From NCBI GenBank assembly GCA_000934665.2, contig KZ538026.1:1-64000 (forward strand): 64,000 nucleotides of DNA, written 5' to 3'. The position numbers and the translations under genes are program-made. This DNA comes from Catajapyx aquilonaris (taxonomy: Eukaryota). The first letter of the stretch is position 1. Each line of letters opens with the position of its first letter. Under the pieces are notes generated by a model, which ran no database searches, was not told where the DNA came from, and saw only the letters and a list, made by a program, of their open reading frames with translations. Shown piece after piece: positions 48,109 to 61,209 of this stretch.

Positions 48109-48300
48109 CAGGGTGGTCCAACAAGAAAGGAACACTTATAGACAGCCAAATTGTCCTGCCAGAAAGGTGACATACATGGATGTACCTATATAGAAAAACT
48201 GTTTACATTTTCCCATACAACTTTCACTTGTAAGCTAATACTTTCTGCTTATTAGACAAGAGATAAGCACGTTTCATTCCTGAGCTGTTGGACCACCCTG
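48109..48300. mobile_element. Tc1/mariner-type MITE (192 bp)
   Basis: 15-bp TIR CAGGGTGGTCCAACA / TGTTGGACCACCCTG, with TA on the right. Confidence 0.8.
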
Positions 48301-49447
48301 TACATCGCAGTGTATCGGACTCGCAGTTGGTTTCGGTTGTGCAGCTTATTCCATCCCAACCGCTGGGGTTCCAAACCCACAGCCTCCCGTGCACTCTGTG
48401 AAACGCTTTAATTTCAAACACCGGATCCAATCTTCCTGGCCCAGGTGAAGTATTGCATGGGGCCTGGGCATTAAAAGTTGGGCGTGCTGATCCGAAGCAA
48501 AGCCGTACGCTTAATGAATTCGCAGGGACCTTTCAAAAAACTTCCTGCCTGGAAACTATATATACGGTACGTACAGTACATTCGCAATCAATAAAATACA
48601 GAACTTGCCAGATTATTGCACCGGATGCGCAAGTACTGTGCAGTGTACACACGCACCGAGACAATTGCTCAAGTTCAATAGCAAAGAAATCATTTTTTTC
48701 CAAGCTAGCAGTTCCATTTAGCCATTACTCATCGTTTTTAAACAGGTTGCTGGGATAAACAATTCGCAATTTGGGCAGTACACTTCCCTCAAATTATTTT
48801 ACCAGCTCATGCATCTGATTATGCGCATAATTCCATTTTTTAATCTTTTTAATCAAGTGGACGGTATTATTAGTTTGGGTGGGCTTAGCTGGACGCACAA
48901 CAACAGATTTATTGCATTATTTAGCAAGTACACTCTGATTTATTAATTGGCTTGTTTTAATAATAGGCGTCGCTGGGTTTTACACCTGTTGTTCAAGCTC
49001 CCGGAAAAGCCGGTGCAACATTAATCGCCTGCAGTATAATATAAACCACTCTTGTAAGTGGCTCTTTTCACCTGGAAATGTCATACAGTCATACACGATG
49101 GCAATTACTGTAACACATGTGCATATAGCTAAAGGGTGCTTAGTGGTTCGCCTGGAGTGTAAGTTACTGTAACATTGCAAAATCCCCATGACAATAATAG
49201 GGTGCCATAACTCAATATTTTTCGCCCATAAATTTCACATGAGGGATATTTGAATGCGCCAGGTTTCACTGGTTGCTTATGTAAATTTAATAACTTTTTT
49301 TCCCCCCCTCATCCAACGTTTTTAATTCTAGGCAGCCAATGCTTGTCTCCAGGGATTCTGCCAGTAAACATGCTTATGGTAATGTGCCATCTGCAGTACA
49401 TATTAATGCTCCCAAAAATAGGTTAGTACACGCACCTATAATAATTA

Positions 49448-49593
49448 CCGTATTTGACGGCATATAAGACGCACCACCATTTCAGCAAATCATATTCAGG
49501 AAAGAAAAAGCATTTAGTGTATTTTCACATATTGCCTGACAATGTAAGCCATTTTTGCGGACAAAATTGCGTCTTATATGCCATCAAATACGG
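49448..49593. mobile_element. pogo/Tc2-type MITE (146 bp)
   Basis: 26-bp TIR CCGTATTTGACGGCATATAAGACGCA with one mismatch, with TA on the left. Confidence 0.85.
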
Positions 49594-51304
49594 TTATTGT
49601 TGGGTCATTTATTCTAAATCTAATTACATCCTCATTTGAGTCGAAATTAAGTTTTCACCCTTGACGATCATGACGTCCCATTATTGCTGGCTTGATTACT
49701 TTTCCTAGTTACTGACCCCCTTTTGAAACGAAACCTGTGCTTTTTTTGCTCGTATTACCAACGTCGGGCATATCATTTCAGAGCCGGTTTTTTTTTGAAA
49801 TAGTAGACCTTAAAACTAATGGGTTTTAGCAGCGTGGTGTTCCGAATCCGTCCCGGATCAGGTGGTCGGACTCACAGCTTTAGGACCATGGATTTTTTTT
49901 CTCCATCACCGCCTGAAAACAACAGGCCAATCCTCTCGTTTTACTGTTCAGGATTGTCCTTTTTTTTTCCCTGGACAGGACTGTTGCTTCTGCCCTCCAG
50001 AGGAGATGGAGCTTTCTGTGTACAGACTGCGACCTTCTGATGCTTTCAAGTCCCTCTTCTCTCAACACTCAATTCGGTCCAGATGCTTAGGGTCAAGCCC
50101 CTTTTTCCAGACCCATCGATTTGGTCCTGTTTTTGTTGGAGATAACTCTATAACTTGCTGGATAAAAAGTCATTGCAGAAAATTTTTGTTCCAGGGTTCT
50201 ATGTCCTGTCTTTCTAAAGTTCGGGGGGATTTTAGTTGGCACATGTGCCAAGTCTGGTGGTTATGAGTCCTGGAGAGTTGGGCACACAATGGGGCAGATG
50301 GATCTCTAAGCTCGCTTTCATGTCTTCGTGGCTGGATAGGTTGGACGTCACGATCAAACAGATACGTCCAAAGTTGACTCTGCTGGGCAGGACGTGTCTT
50401 TATCAAAGTTATGCTCAAAGTTTCGTGCGAGGTACAACCCGCACATGCTTGGTGCGCAGATAGATGTTCATATAAGTCGTGAGAAACTGCTAACATTATT
50501 TCTATGCGACAAAAGATAATAAAACTGAGCATAGAATCAATGCAGTGGTATAAACCATGTCACCAAGATACACTTGGCTCAAACTGTACAGCGTAGAGCA
50601 AAAGAGGGGGGAAAAAAATGCACAACTTAGTGCGACTTATGGCAATAAATTTTCAGGTTTAAAAAAAAGTTCAAAGGCCACGAAATTGGCAGGTTCCGAC
50701 TTTGTTGGAGGTTTTCCCGACACTAAAGGGCGATTTGGGTCTCGATAAAAAAAAGAACGGGAGAGGAGAAGGAAAGATGGAAGAAAAAAAATATATTCTC
50801 CAAAAACCCAGCTGGCTTCAGGAAGCGCATTAATATCCACTTATGAACTTTTCCCTCATTTCCAAAACCGGCTTCCTTTTGAGCTCACGGCAGCTAAATC
50901 ACGAGAAATGGGAGGAATACCGCTTCCCAAATAATAAAAAAATGGGTAAGGCCACACAGCGACTTGGGCCTGAGCCCATTGGTACTTGCACTGGAGCCAA
51001 ACTCTAAAAACCTGGGCGGGTGAGGAAGGCCACAAAAGGATATCGATCTATTATACATATATATTTTTCACCCACAGCATAATTGCGAGTGATCTGCGAA
51101 AAGGAGAAGTTCAGTTTTCGCGTGGAAGGGGCGTGATTTCTAGAAGAGTTAATTATACCGTGCTGCTGATGACTGTGACGATTGGGCCGATTGTTTACTT
51201 CCTGTTCATGAATTGCTACGGGCACGAGAATGATGACTATCAACGTCTATCGGTTGGAGAAAAAAGGGCATTGCTCTGTTCGTTCCCTCAAAATAGACTG
51301 CTTT

Positions 51305-51955
51305 ATGTAAAAAAAAAAAGTACGGATGAATCGCAATATTTTCTGTCACCTATCACTCTAAAAATTTTGAGTGTTTTTACCACTCAAAATGAATGGTTTT
51401 CACTATTTTTTCCCACTTGGTTTGACTTCCACTTGTTTTGAGTTAAAAGCACCATCACTTGAGTGAATTTCACTCAAAGTAGACGTTGCGTAATGTAAAA
51501 AAGTATCGATAAATCGCAATATTTTGTCACTTATCACTCTAAAATTTTTCGAGTGATTTTATGAGAGATTTTCGCTCTTTTTCCCACTTGGTTTGCCTTC
51601 CAGTCGTTTTGAGTGAAAAGCACTATCATGTGATTGATTTTCACTCAAAATTAATGATTATTTCACTCATTGAAAGAGTAGCCTTCCACTCTTCTTTCGA
51701 CTAATTCTCCACTCGATGTGAGTTAGAGTAAATCTTTAAAGAGTACCGTACTTTCTGTCACAAATCACTCTTACAAAATTTCGAGTGTTTTTACCACTCA
51801 AAATGATTTGATTATTTCACTCATTGATTGAAAGAGTAGCCTTCCACTCATTTTCACTCGAATAATTCTGCACTCGATATGAGCTAGATTCACTCAACAA
51901 TTGCGAAATTGCCGATTTATTGAGTGCAATTTTCACTAGATTTTTTTTAAAGAGA
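51305..51955. repeat. Complex degenerate tandem array rich in CACTC/GAGTG motifs (about 188-bp period plus shuffled sub-blocks)
   Basis: Blocks starting at 51305 and 51493 are duplicates; GATTATTTCACTCATTG..AAAGAGTAGCCTTCCACTC recurs at about 51656 and 51810. Confidence 0.8.
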
Positions 51956-54900
51956 GACGCTGTAGTTACACATGCTCATTACAACGTCGCTTACCCGTCC
52001 GTCGTGTGCCGATTTGTGAGCGTTTTATTTCCCAGTGCGCCAGCTTATCTTCTCAAGTGTGACGTACCTCGCTTAATGTGAAGTCACCGTGTATGAGCCA
52101 TAATCCGGAGCTTCCAGGTACATATATAAAAAAATCCTCCCCGGATGACAAAAAAGTGGACCGCTGTTTAATAAACCTATTTGCTCACGTACTGTGTACT
52201 CACACTTCAAGTATAGCTATGGGTGTACTACAGTAAAAAAGAATTGAGCCAGTTGTCCATTAATTACAGGAAAAAAAGAAGAGTACAAGCGGTCGTTTCC
52301 GTCTGGTGTTCAGCTACGGGCTATATTTGCTCCGTCCATCACGGGAATTTCCCGACCTGGCAGGGCACAATGGACATCAGACGCTCAGGCGCGACTGATA
52401 TTTCAGCTATGTGACGGGAAATTCGGTTCCCAGGGCTAAGTATCCTGTTACCTCACCAGCACTGGTAGAGGCTGGCTGTCATATTGCATGGGTGCCCCCC
52501 CTGGCTTGTTGCTAGCGACGGGCAAGGGAAATGGAGTCATTTATTTCACACGTCGGCATGTGCTTGCCTGGATAATAATGACGGGCGATGGTCACGTTTT
52601 GCTCAGCACAAAATCGCGATATTATAATGGACATTCCTGTGGATCGAATTGCGCTATCGGCTGAACTCCATAGGACGCAACATGTTTACATTGCAATTTT
52701 TCTTAAATGAGCTTATAAGGCTTGCAGCAGATTGCTAATAAGTTGTGTTGACCTTCAATTTGCAAACTTGTGATAATCGCAGGGACAGGCTCCCCCTTTC
52801 TAGCAAGTGTAGTACTACATATACCCTCTGAAGCCCTTTCGCCGGGCCGGTAATTGTGAAGCTCTTTGAAGGTTCAGTAAAAATTCATTACGGGGCCCGA
52901 AAGCATCGTACCAAAAAGGCTCTCTGTGTGACAAGCACAAAGTAATGTCAAAGCTATTTATTTATTTTTGCCCCCAATTTTTTTTAACGTTCGTTAAAGC
53001 GAAGGTGAACAGCAAACAATCCTGCTGTCACCAATTTGCACTTTTGGAACTGGCTAAACTTAAATATACTCAGAATATAACTGCACACTATAATAATTCA
53101 GGTCATAAGTAGTTCTGTAATTAACCTGCACTAAGAAAAACCGCGCATTTTATACCTGGAAGCGCACATATCCCTTCCCTCCCTTATAAAATTTTCCACG
53201 TGCTGTCTGCCAGGATGAAAGGCACAAATTTTGCACGAGGGGAGGTTTGGCTAAAAGAAGCGGGCCATGAAAATTGCACAACACCGTCGAGCTATTTTTA
53301 GCACTCCTTCCCAGCAGACTACCATTCTCGACAAAAGCGATCAAAACTCTTTGATAGCACCAGCTGGAATGCTGCTATTATATATATTTTTTCTTCGTAC
53401 ACTCTAGAACTAGAGTAAAACATCGCGTATTTTCTGCGAGACATAATAGCGGAGAGGCCTCGCAGGTAAATAAATTCGCGGGTCTAACTTTTCGCCAAAT
53501 CCCTCGAAGGAGTTTGCAATTATTTTCAAAGTCCCTTGCGTGGAAAACAATCCATCCTCCAGTAGGTACAAAAGTTAACCGTTGGAAACTACCGCAATGC
53601 TGAGTCGAGAGACATGTACTTTTCGCATAAAGTTTGAACGAATGCTATACTCTTTCCACCCCCTGAAGGCAAAACCCCCACCTTTTCATGGAGTTGGGGC
53701 AAAACTATACGGTTAACAAATGGCGGGTGACATTTCAGGATGGAAAATACCCCTGCATATGAATAGACACGGAGAGAGAAACCTTACAAAAAAAAAAAAA
53801 CTAGCAGTGCTGCTCTTTTGTGTCAGTTTTTTTTGTACACAAAAGACGAGACATATTACAGCGATGATTTTGCAAGGGTTTCGCCTCTGCACCTGAATCG
53901 ATACGTGTTTCTTTTTTTCCTCCTTCACTTTCAGCCATTGAACCTCCCTGGCTTCAAATCAGTCAAATCCTCTACACTTTTGAACCAGCTTTGACTCCCA
54001 GAACCTAGAGGCCAACAAAAAGTGAATCAGGCTTTTTGCCCTGATGTTTTCGGCATTTGCGACTTACATCCCTTTTCCGACAGTGCCAAACCCATAAGAC
54101 GCCAAATTGAGGTGAAATGTATTGAAGAAATATTTCCCCTTGAAAACAGGACTACAAAAGAATCATTCTGAAACGATAGCTTCAAGTCAATTGAGAGAAA
54201 TTATTCAGAGCAGAAAACAAATAAAGTTATTGAAATACCGCATTATTTCACTTGTACGTAACTGAAGGCACAAAATACGAAGCGATTTTTTTTGCGCGGA
54301 TTTTGAATAATGTAGTGCGCTTGATTGAATAGTGAAGTTGCTACTCAACCATCGATTCCCAGTCTTCGGAAGAAAATCGTTGCTTCCCATAGAAATCATT
54401 GTCTCCGAACACGTTTTATCCATTTCCTCAAAAAAGTGTTCCTCAATTAGATTTTCTCCTGCATTCCGGTACTTGGTGATGTTTGATTGCTGAATAATCA
54501 TGGTCGAAACATTTTTTTAACGCAGCTATATACATGCACGTCAAAACTTAAATTCGCAGTAATAAATAGCTGCATAAGTGACGCACTTGTAATTTAAGCG
54601 GTTACAGATAATGAGCCTGCAGCTATCATTCTGTATCCATTTTTTCGGGGGGGGGGGCGTCATAAAGCACTCTCGCAGTTTCGTATGGTACGCATAAATT
54701 AAACCAGGCTCATATTCGTTCCTGTTTTAATAGGCTAATCTAGTAGGAGCGCTTTACTTTAAAGTAAGTTTCTCTCCATCACACCAAAAAGCGGAATGTG
54801 CGCCTAGATGGAAAGACGAAAATTCCATTTTTCGTAAAAAATTCCTTCTAGAAATGCACCACACTTCCTGTTTACGCAAACACTAATTAAAACATTCCTT

Positions 54901-57517
54901 AATATTCCATCATAATTAAATCGAAGGAGCAACTCTAATTATACAGACGGAAAGCACCACAAATTTTGGAGAAATTACATGTAGCGAATTTTATTTATAC
55001 AGCGATTAAAAAAGTTTGCGTTACATTAAAATATTCAGAGTAATTATCAGCTATAGCCTGAACCAGACGTCAATTTGATTTTTAGATTTATTTGTTTCGC
55101 TCTTGACATATTTCTGCGGTATATAGTTTGGATTACGACTTTCTTTTATATCCGAAAAGGCTACTGAGGCCATTTGGCACAGAAGTGTAATGGGCAATAT
55201 GGCTTCACCATTATAAGTCTCGTGAAGCGTTCGCTATTTCCAGCCGTCAAAAAATTATAGTCGCATTATACCAAATAATAAAAATACTGACTCTCACGCC
55301 ACTTACTCAAGCTTTACGTGGCGTTTTACATCTTACGGACATTAACAGCGGAAAAAACGACCAACTTTGGACTACCTCAAAGAAAATAACGGCTAAAGGG
55401 TAATGAAAAAGAGATTGCGCCGGTTTATGTTTCAAAAATATCGCCAACCCAGTTTATGGTTAATGTTGGCAATAACCCCCTTCCTTCATCCACAATAATG
55501 GTTCCTACTCTCCCTTTGTACTGTACCGATTAAAGCTATATATGAATAGGAGAGGCTCCCTCAGAAACCTCTTCGCAAAGTTGGGGGAGGAAATAATATT
55601 ATTACGCAATGGCAAATGTGCGGTTTCCAGCAGCAGGCGGTTGAAACTGTCTGGTCAACACTGTCGGTTCAGTGAGGTGAAATAAAATCGTACTGTACTT
55701 GGTCGGAACTGATTTTCACTCAAAAAACTATATGAGCGGAATTGATTTTTTTTTTTGTGTAAAGTGCCTGCTCATTTTAAATGTACTGCAAGGTCTCCCA
55801 AGTATTTTTGGTACGTTCCAACCGCAACATAAAGCTGGAGAAAAATCTAGGCCATATAGTGTCAAAACAAAGCCTCCAGCACATCTGCGACACCCTTTTT
55901 TTTTTATTCTTCTCCAACATTCCGAAATGTCCTGCAGAGATTCCGCATGTACACAATATCCTTGTCACCTTGTGGTTCTCACAGAGTCCGAGGCCATTCA
56001 GGTCACGTCCAAAACCCCAGTAGGACTGGGGCAAAAGAAAAGAAAGGAAAAAAAGAAAGAGAAAGAGAGAGAAAAAAGGGACCGTTCCTTATTCCATTTC
56101 TCTGCTCGGCTGGCTTGGTATATTCAATTGGGCCAACCCCTGGAGCCAAATTTTGATATTGTTCAGGTTGGACCCCCCTGCGGCGATTGTTCTGACAGCA
56201 CGCACACATCTCCCGGCTTTTCATTAATCTAACTCAGTGGCAGACCTGACCAGAATCAAGATCCCGTGAACAATTGAAAGGCCCTAAGTCCACGGGTAAT
56301 AAATATCAAATTAGTGCACCCTATTAGAATCGGAATCATAAATTAACCCACTTTCATCAGGCTGTCAGGAATATTTTTTTTGAAGTACATTATCAGCTCA
56401 ATTTGTGCCGGTTGTTTGCACTTGTACTCGGTTGGATGCTATGTTTCTATATCACGAATACTAGTCGTGTCCGACGCCATATTTGCGGTCCTCATTCACT
56501 AAGATTTCTGCATTTTGGCCGTCATGAGCTTGCAGAGCTCCAAAGGGACAAAGTATACCGCAGAACCGCACTTAGAGGAGGACGTTAGATGTGGTCCTGA
56601 GATCACTGCATGTTGGATCCTTTATTCTCTTTCTCACAGCAGGAGTTGAAACACGAGCTGCACCACATACACAGTGAGGAAAAAAAAAACGGAAACCAAT
56701 TCCTGCGAGACCAGAGTGCAGAAGCACATAAATCTAGCTGCTAGACGAGAGAGAAACATGGATATGTGTTTATTACCCTTGGGAAACTTGCAATCGATCC
56801 TCTGCTTTTTTTTTGGATCAGTTAAAACCCTGCTCAGAGTTCATTTATGCCGTGCTTGGAAATTCACAAAATGGAGCTCCATGTTTGGCTCCGGTTGTCA
56901 TTATGGTGCTGTCCTATCGCGAGAACGGATTTAAGGAAGGGAGATTACAGTACGCTGTAAGCTGCTTTCTAATAGGATATAATGCATGTCGATTTTTTTT
57001 TGCAGAGAGACAAAAAAAAAGCCTGGTGTAGTTGCTAAAGTTTTATGTATATACGTGTACATGAAGCTGAATAGATGCATTACAAGTTGTAATCGGATCA
57101 GTTTAGAGCCTCGTTCAAAGCGGGTTTTTTTGTTGCAATTTGAATACACTCTGCAGGCAATGCCAATTATAATTTTTTTGCATATTTCTCATACATTTTT
57201 ATAGCAATTATTAAAAGTTCTTTCAGAGTTTAGCTCCAGACCGAGTAGGGTATATAACTGCACTAAAACTGAACAAACACAATTAGTTTAGAAACTCTAA
57301 ATTATCTGGTGATTAACCAGAAAACTGTAGCTTTTAAGTTGATAGTACTGTACATTAAGTACTAACAGTAATTCTGAAAGCCCGTCTCAAGAATAATTGG
57401 CATTAATATTGCCTTATCCAAAAATAGCTCAAATAATTCCAAAATCACGTGACTTATTTGACTCTTTTGGATCACTCAATTTTAATGAGAGCCCCAAACA
57501 ATTTGGCAATTACTGTA

Positions 57518-57623
57518 CAAGGTGACTCTATAAAGTTTGGACACATAGGTAATAATATTGTATTTTTGGGTTACCAACAATAGAATATTATTGCCTATGT
57601 GTCCAGACTTTAGAGTCACGCTG
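57518..57623. mobile_element. Tc1/mariner-type hairpin MITE (106 bp)
   Basis: TA-CAAGGTGACTCTA..AAGTTTGGACACATAGG...CCTATGTGTCCAGACTTTAGAGTCACGCTG-TA; nearly the whole element is an inverted repeat. Confidence 0.85.
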
Positions 57624-60600
57624 TATATCGATGTGACTACAAAATCTGCTCGTATATTTTGTCTGCAATCCCCAGGATCGAGGTATAAATCCCTTCTTGA
57701 GTGATTTCTCCTATGGAAAATCCCACAGCCAAAGGTGAACCCACATCAAACCAGAGAGCCGCTAAAACTGGAAAGCGTCCCATAACACTTGACGCCCGAT
57801 GTGTTTCGCCGGCTCAAGTAAAAAAAAACACACCAAATAAACCCCCGCAAAACGAAAGGTCCTCCGATAAACTAGGTGTAAATCAATACGAACCTCGGTT
57901 TTTTGACGACATCTCAAGGAAAACAACCCACGCTTTTCAGAGAAAATGACCCCAGAGGAATCGGACTTGGCTCGTTTTTGGCGCCCCCCCCCCCCTTTTT
58001 TTTTGAAATCCCCCAAGCAATCCTTGTTTACGGCCGGATGGTCCCCAGCATCTGCAAGCATCATCTCCTGGGCCACTTTACCACCCCGGTTTTCTCCTGT
58101 AGTATTAGTATCACAGCTGCTACCTTTGCAGAACTTTGCAACCGTGCAGATTGGCCCACGTTTACTTTTCCCTCCCAGCAATTCCATGGGCTGCCACTAT
58201 TATTTTGGAGGTGTAGCGTATACCTCCCCAGAAGTTGTTTCCAGATAAGAAAATATACGGAGCACTAAATCCGTCCTGAAGCGACTGAGTTAAATGGGCC
58301 AGGTGAGCCTCATTGGATTAATCCAAAGAGCCCGGTGCACTTGGGGGTTTCCGCAGACTATTCCTTTTCGCCTCTCATTTCCTGGGTTTATATAGGATGT
58401 CTCCACGAAGAACTTTTAGTGTTATGCGACCAGGTTTGTGGCGGAGAATTAGAGTCGTCAAACGGGGGACTGCTTGAGTGAATTTATGCTAGGAAATTGA
58501 CAATGTTTCCTGCTTTATAAGGGAAGGGAGCTGTAAACAAGACGAAGATTTCCTGTTTCCTCAAGTTCTCAATTTCCTTGATCGCTTTTTCAAAAAAAAA
58601 AAATTGCAGGAGGGAAATTGCAGAAACACTTGGAGCGTACCGATTCCTTTTGTCCTTTTTTTTCGTAAGGCACACATCACCAAAGGGATTGCGGAGGAAC
58701 ACGAAAAAAAAATCAGAGAGAGAGAGAGAAATCCTATGTTGTATCGGACTGGCAGAAAACCTGACGAACTGTGCAAGGAACTTCCAACAATAGTATTCCC
58801 CCCATCCTATTTTTTCTTCCAGTTCCGAACGCAATTTCACCGCTGGGTAACCAGCATTCTTTGCATTTTCTCTCTGCCAACTTTCTCCCATATATAGTGC
58901 CCCCCCTATTCCTTCTCTGCCTAAAATACCTCTTCCTTTTCCGGTTTTTCTCTTCTTCATCCGGGAGCTGGCCCGGAATCTGGAAAGCAATTGGGGGTCG
59001 CCAGAAGCAATTAGAAGCCGGGTTGGAGGATGGGTATAAGGCCACATAAAAAGGTGCCAACACCCGAAAAGGAATTAAATGCCCTAAGGTTTTGGGAAGG
59101 ACCCCCAACAGTGACGATAGTTAATTACAAATTGTGGATTCCGATGATGCAGGTGTGACTCAGATGCACAACAATTACGGTTTGTCAGCAAGAAAAAACA
59201 CTTCAAAGCGCCTGGAGAAACAAGAGTGAAAAAAAACCCCGAAGTTCAGCAACGCATGAAGGAGCCTAAAGCTACAAACCCATTAACTCGGGCAAACTCT
59301 CTTTTCCTTCCTCTTTACCCACGGGTTAATTAACTGCAACGCAGGCACTTTTAATGAAAACGAAGCTGCTTCCACTAGACCCGCCAGCGATTGTGTTCAC
59401 ACTGGAGTTGCTAATGCTGATGCTAACCCTGGCTTATTCGGTTTCAGGACATTGGACCCCAGGACAACAATAGGGCTGCTGTTTGTCAAGGGGCAACAAC
59501 CCCCGGGGCGGGTTCTTAGACAACAGGGTGTCGCAAAAGCCGCCAAAATCTTGGCCAAACAATGGTGTCACAAAAAATAGCCTTTTGTGCACGGGGTCCT
59601 CTTTGAGTCATTTTCATCGGCCGGAACCTGAAAAGCTCTAACACCATTGTCATGTAGGCCTATGTGACTGGCACCAAAGTCCTGCTCAACAAAGTGGAAG
59701 CCTAATGTACAGTCCACATCGCTGCTTGTTGTACAGTCCAGGCAGCAGTTAATGTAAATTACTTCTCACCCAGGTTTTAACGCCCATGGAAATTTTTTGG
59801 AGAGTGGGGGCAGACACGACCCGGATTGAAAATTTATGCCGAGAGGGACGTCCTAGGATTTCGGAATGGTAATGTCCGTGGAACCCCCGGACATTAAATC
59901 CAATAGGTTGGTAGCCACTCCGCCTAATTAAAAATTTCGGACCCTCACTTGCTCCTGGGTTCGATTCTGGGCACGATTTTTTTAAAATTCCAGTTCCCAA
60001 ACGCTCGTTTCTAAGGGGCGTAAAAACCGGGTTTGAATCCCAGATTGACATTGAATCAGTAATTGCTTAACCTTCAGGTCGCTTACAGTTCATACTTGCT
60101 AACCACCCCAAAAAATTATGTGCTAGAATAATCTGCTCCAAATAATGTATCAACCCTGTCCTTGCCCCGGATTAAAACAATAAGGTGCAATATCTTCAGA
60201 AAGTAAGTACAATCCTCAGTACTTGAAAAGTATTTAAATTACCAGACCCTTCTCTCTCTATGGTTTTGCATGCTGGCTTTCCAAGACTCGTTAAGGGCCC
60301 CAGAATCGCCAGGAAAAGACTGCCTTTTGTATGGCGCTCGTCTCCAGCTCTTGGCCCCAAGCCCCTCGAATTACGTCTCCTTTAACGAGCACCACCCAAC
60401 CCCACCCTACCCCCCTCTTCTTTACATATGCGCAGTGAACACTGAGAACATGTCGTACACTGCAGTCACCACATTTGGGCTGGCAAAGTTCGCGCCCGTG
60501 TAATTAATGTCATATGCATAAGACCCTTTGCTTTGATGTATGTCCGTTTTGTGCTGAAGGAGACGAGGCGACATCAAGATATATAACATGGGGCCTGGTC

Positions 60601-61008
60601 CATTTTCCGCGTGACCTAACCTAACGGTGTCACGTAGTTTGGCAAAAAAACCTAGTTCATGTCAGGCTAGATAAGAGAGAAGGAAGGGCAGAGGGAGGAA
60701 AAAAAAGTTGCCTTTTTTTTCTCTCTCTCTAAGAGCTTGGACTAAAAGCATCCCGCCCACACCGCTCCTGTATAAAGCAGGTAAAACCTTCTTTATATGT
60801 GGAAGGTAAATTATGGAAGCTGGAAAGATGTCGCCCGATTGGATTGGCCTGCGGCTTGGAAAAGTAGATGCATAATTAAGTCGAAACTTCATGAAGCACT
60901 TTGACATGCATGGAAACTCCGATCGCGAAAACCACGGACCGCCAAAAAAAAAAAGTTTGCAAGAAATTTCAGGAGCAAGTCGCTAGCTTAAGGCTTTATA
61001 GGCACGTA

Positions 61009-61209
61009 CTATAACACCCAAAAAGATTGTCGCACTGTATTGGTGTGGTGTGCGCGACTTTTTGTTTACCCCTCCTGCCGCAAGGGTCGTTGCCGGATGA
61101 CGGTGTTTGGGGTGATTTTATCCGGCAACGACCCTTGCGGCAGGAGGGGTAAACAAAAAGTCGCGCACACCACACCAATACAGTGCGACAATCTTTTTGC
61201 GTGTTATAG
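61009..61209. mobile_element. Fold-back MITE (201 bp) with TA target-site duplication
   Basis: 94-bp arms (61005-61098 and 61120-61213) with one mismatch around a 21-nt loop; TA|CTATAACAC...GTGTTATAG|TA. Confidence 0.92.

Noticed and set aside
59903..60045. tRNA-like B-box words (another at about 34200)
   Set aside because: No cloverleaf; probably old SINE debris, too degraded to delimit.
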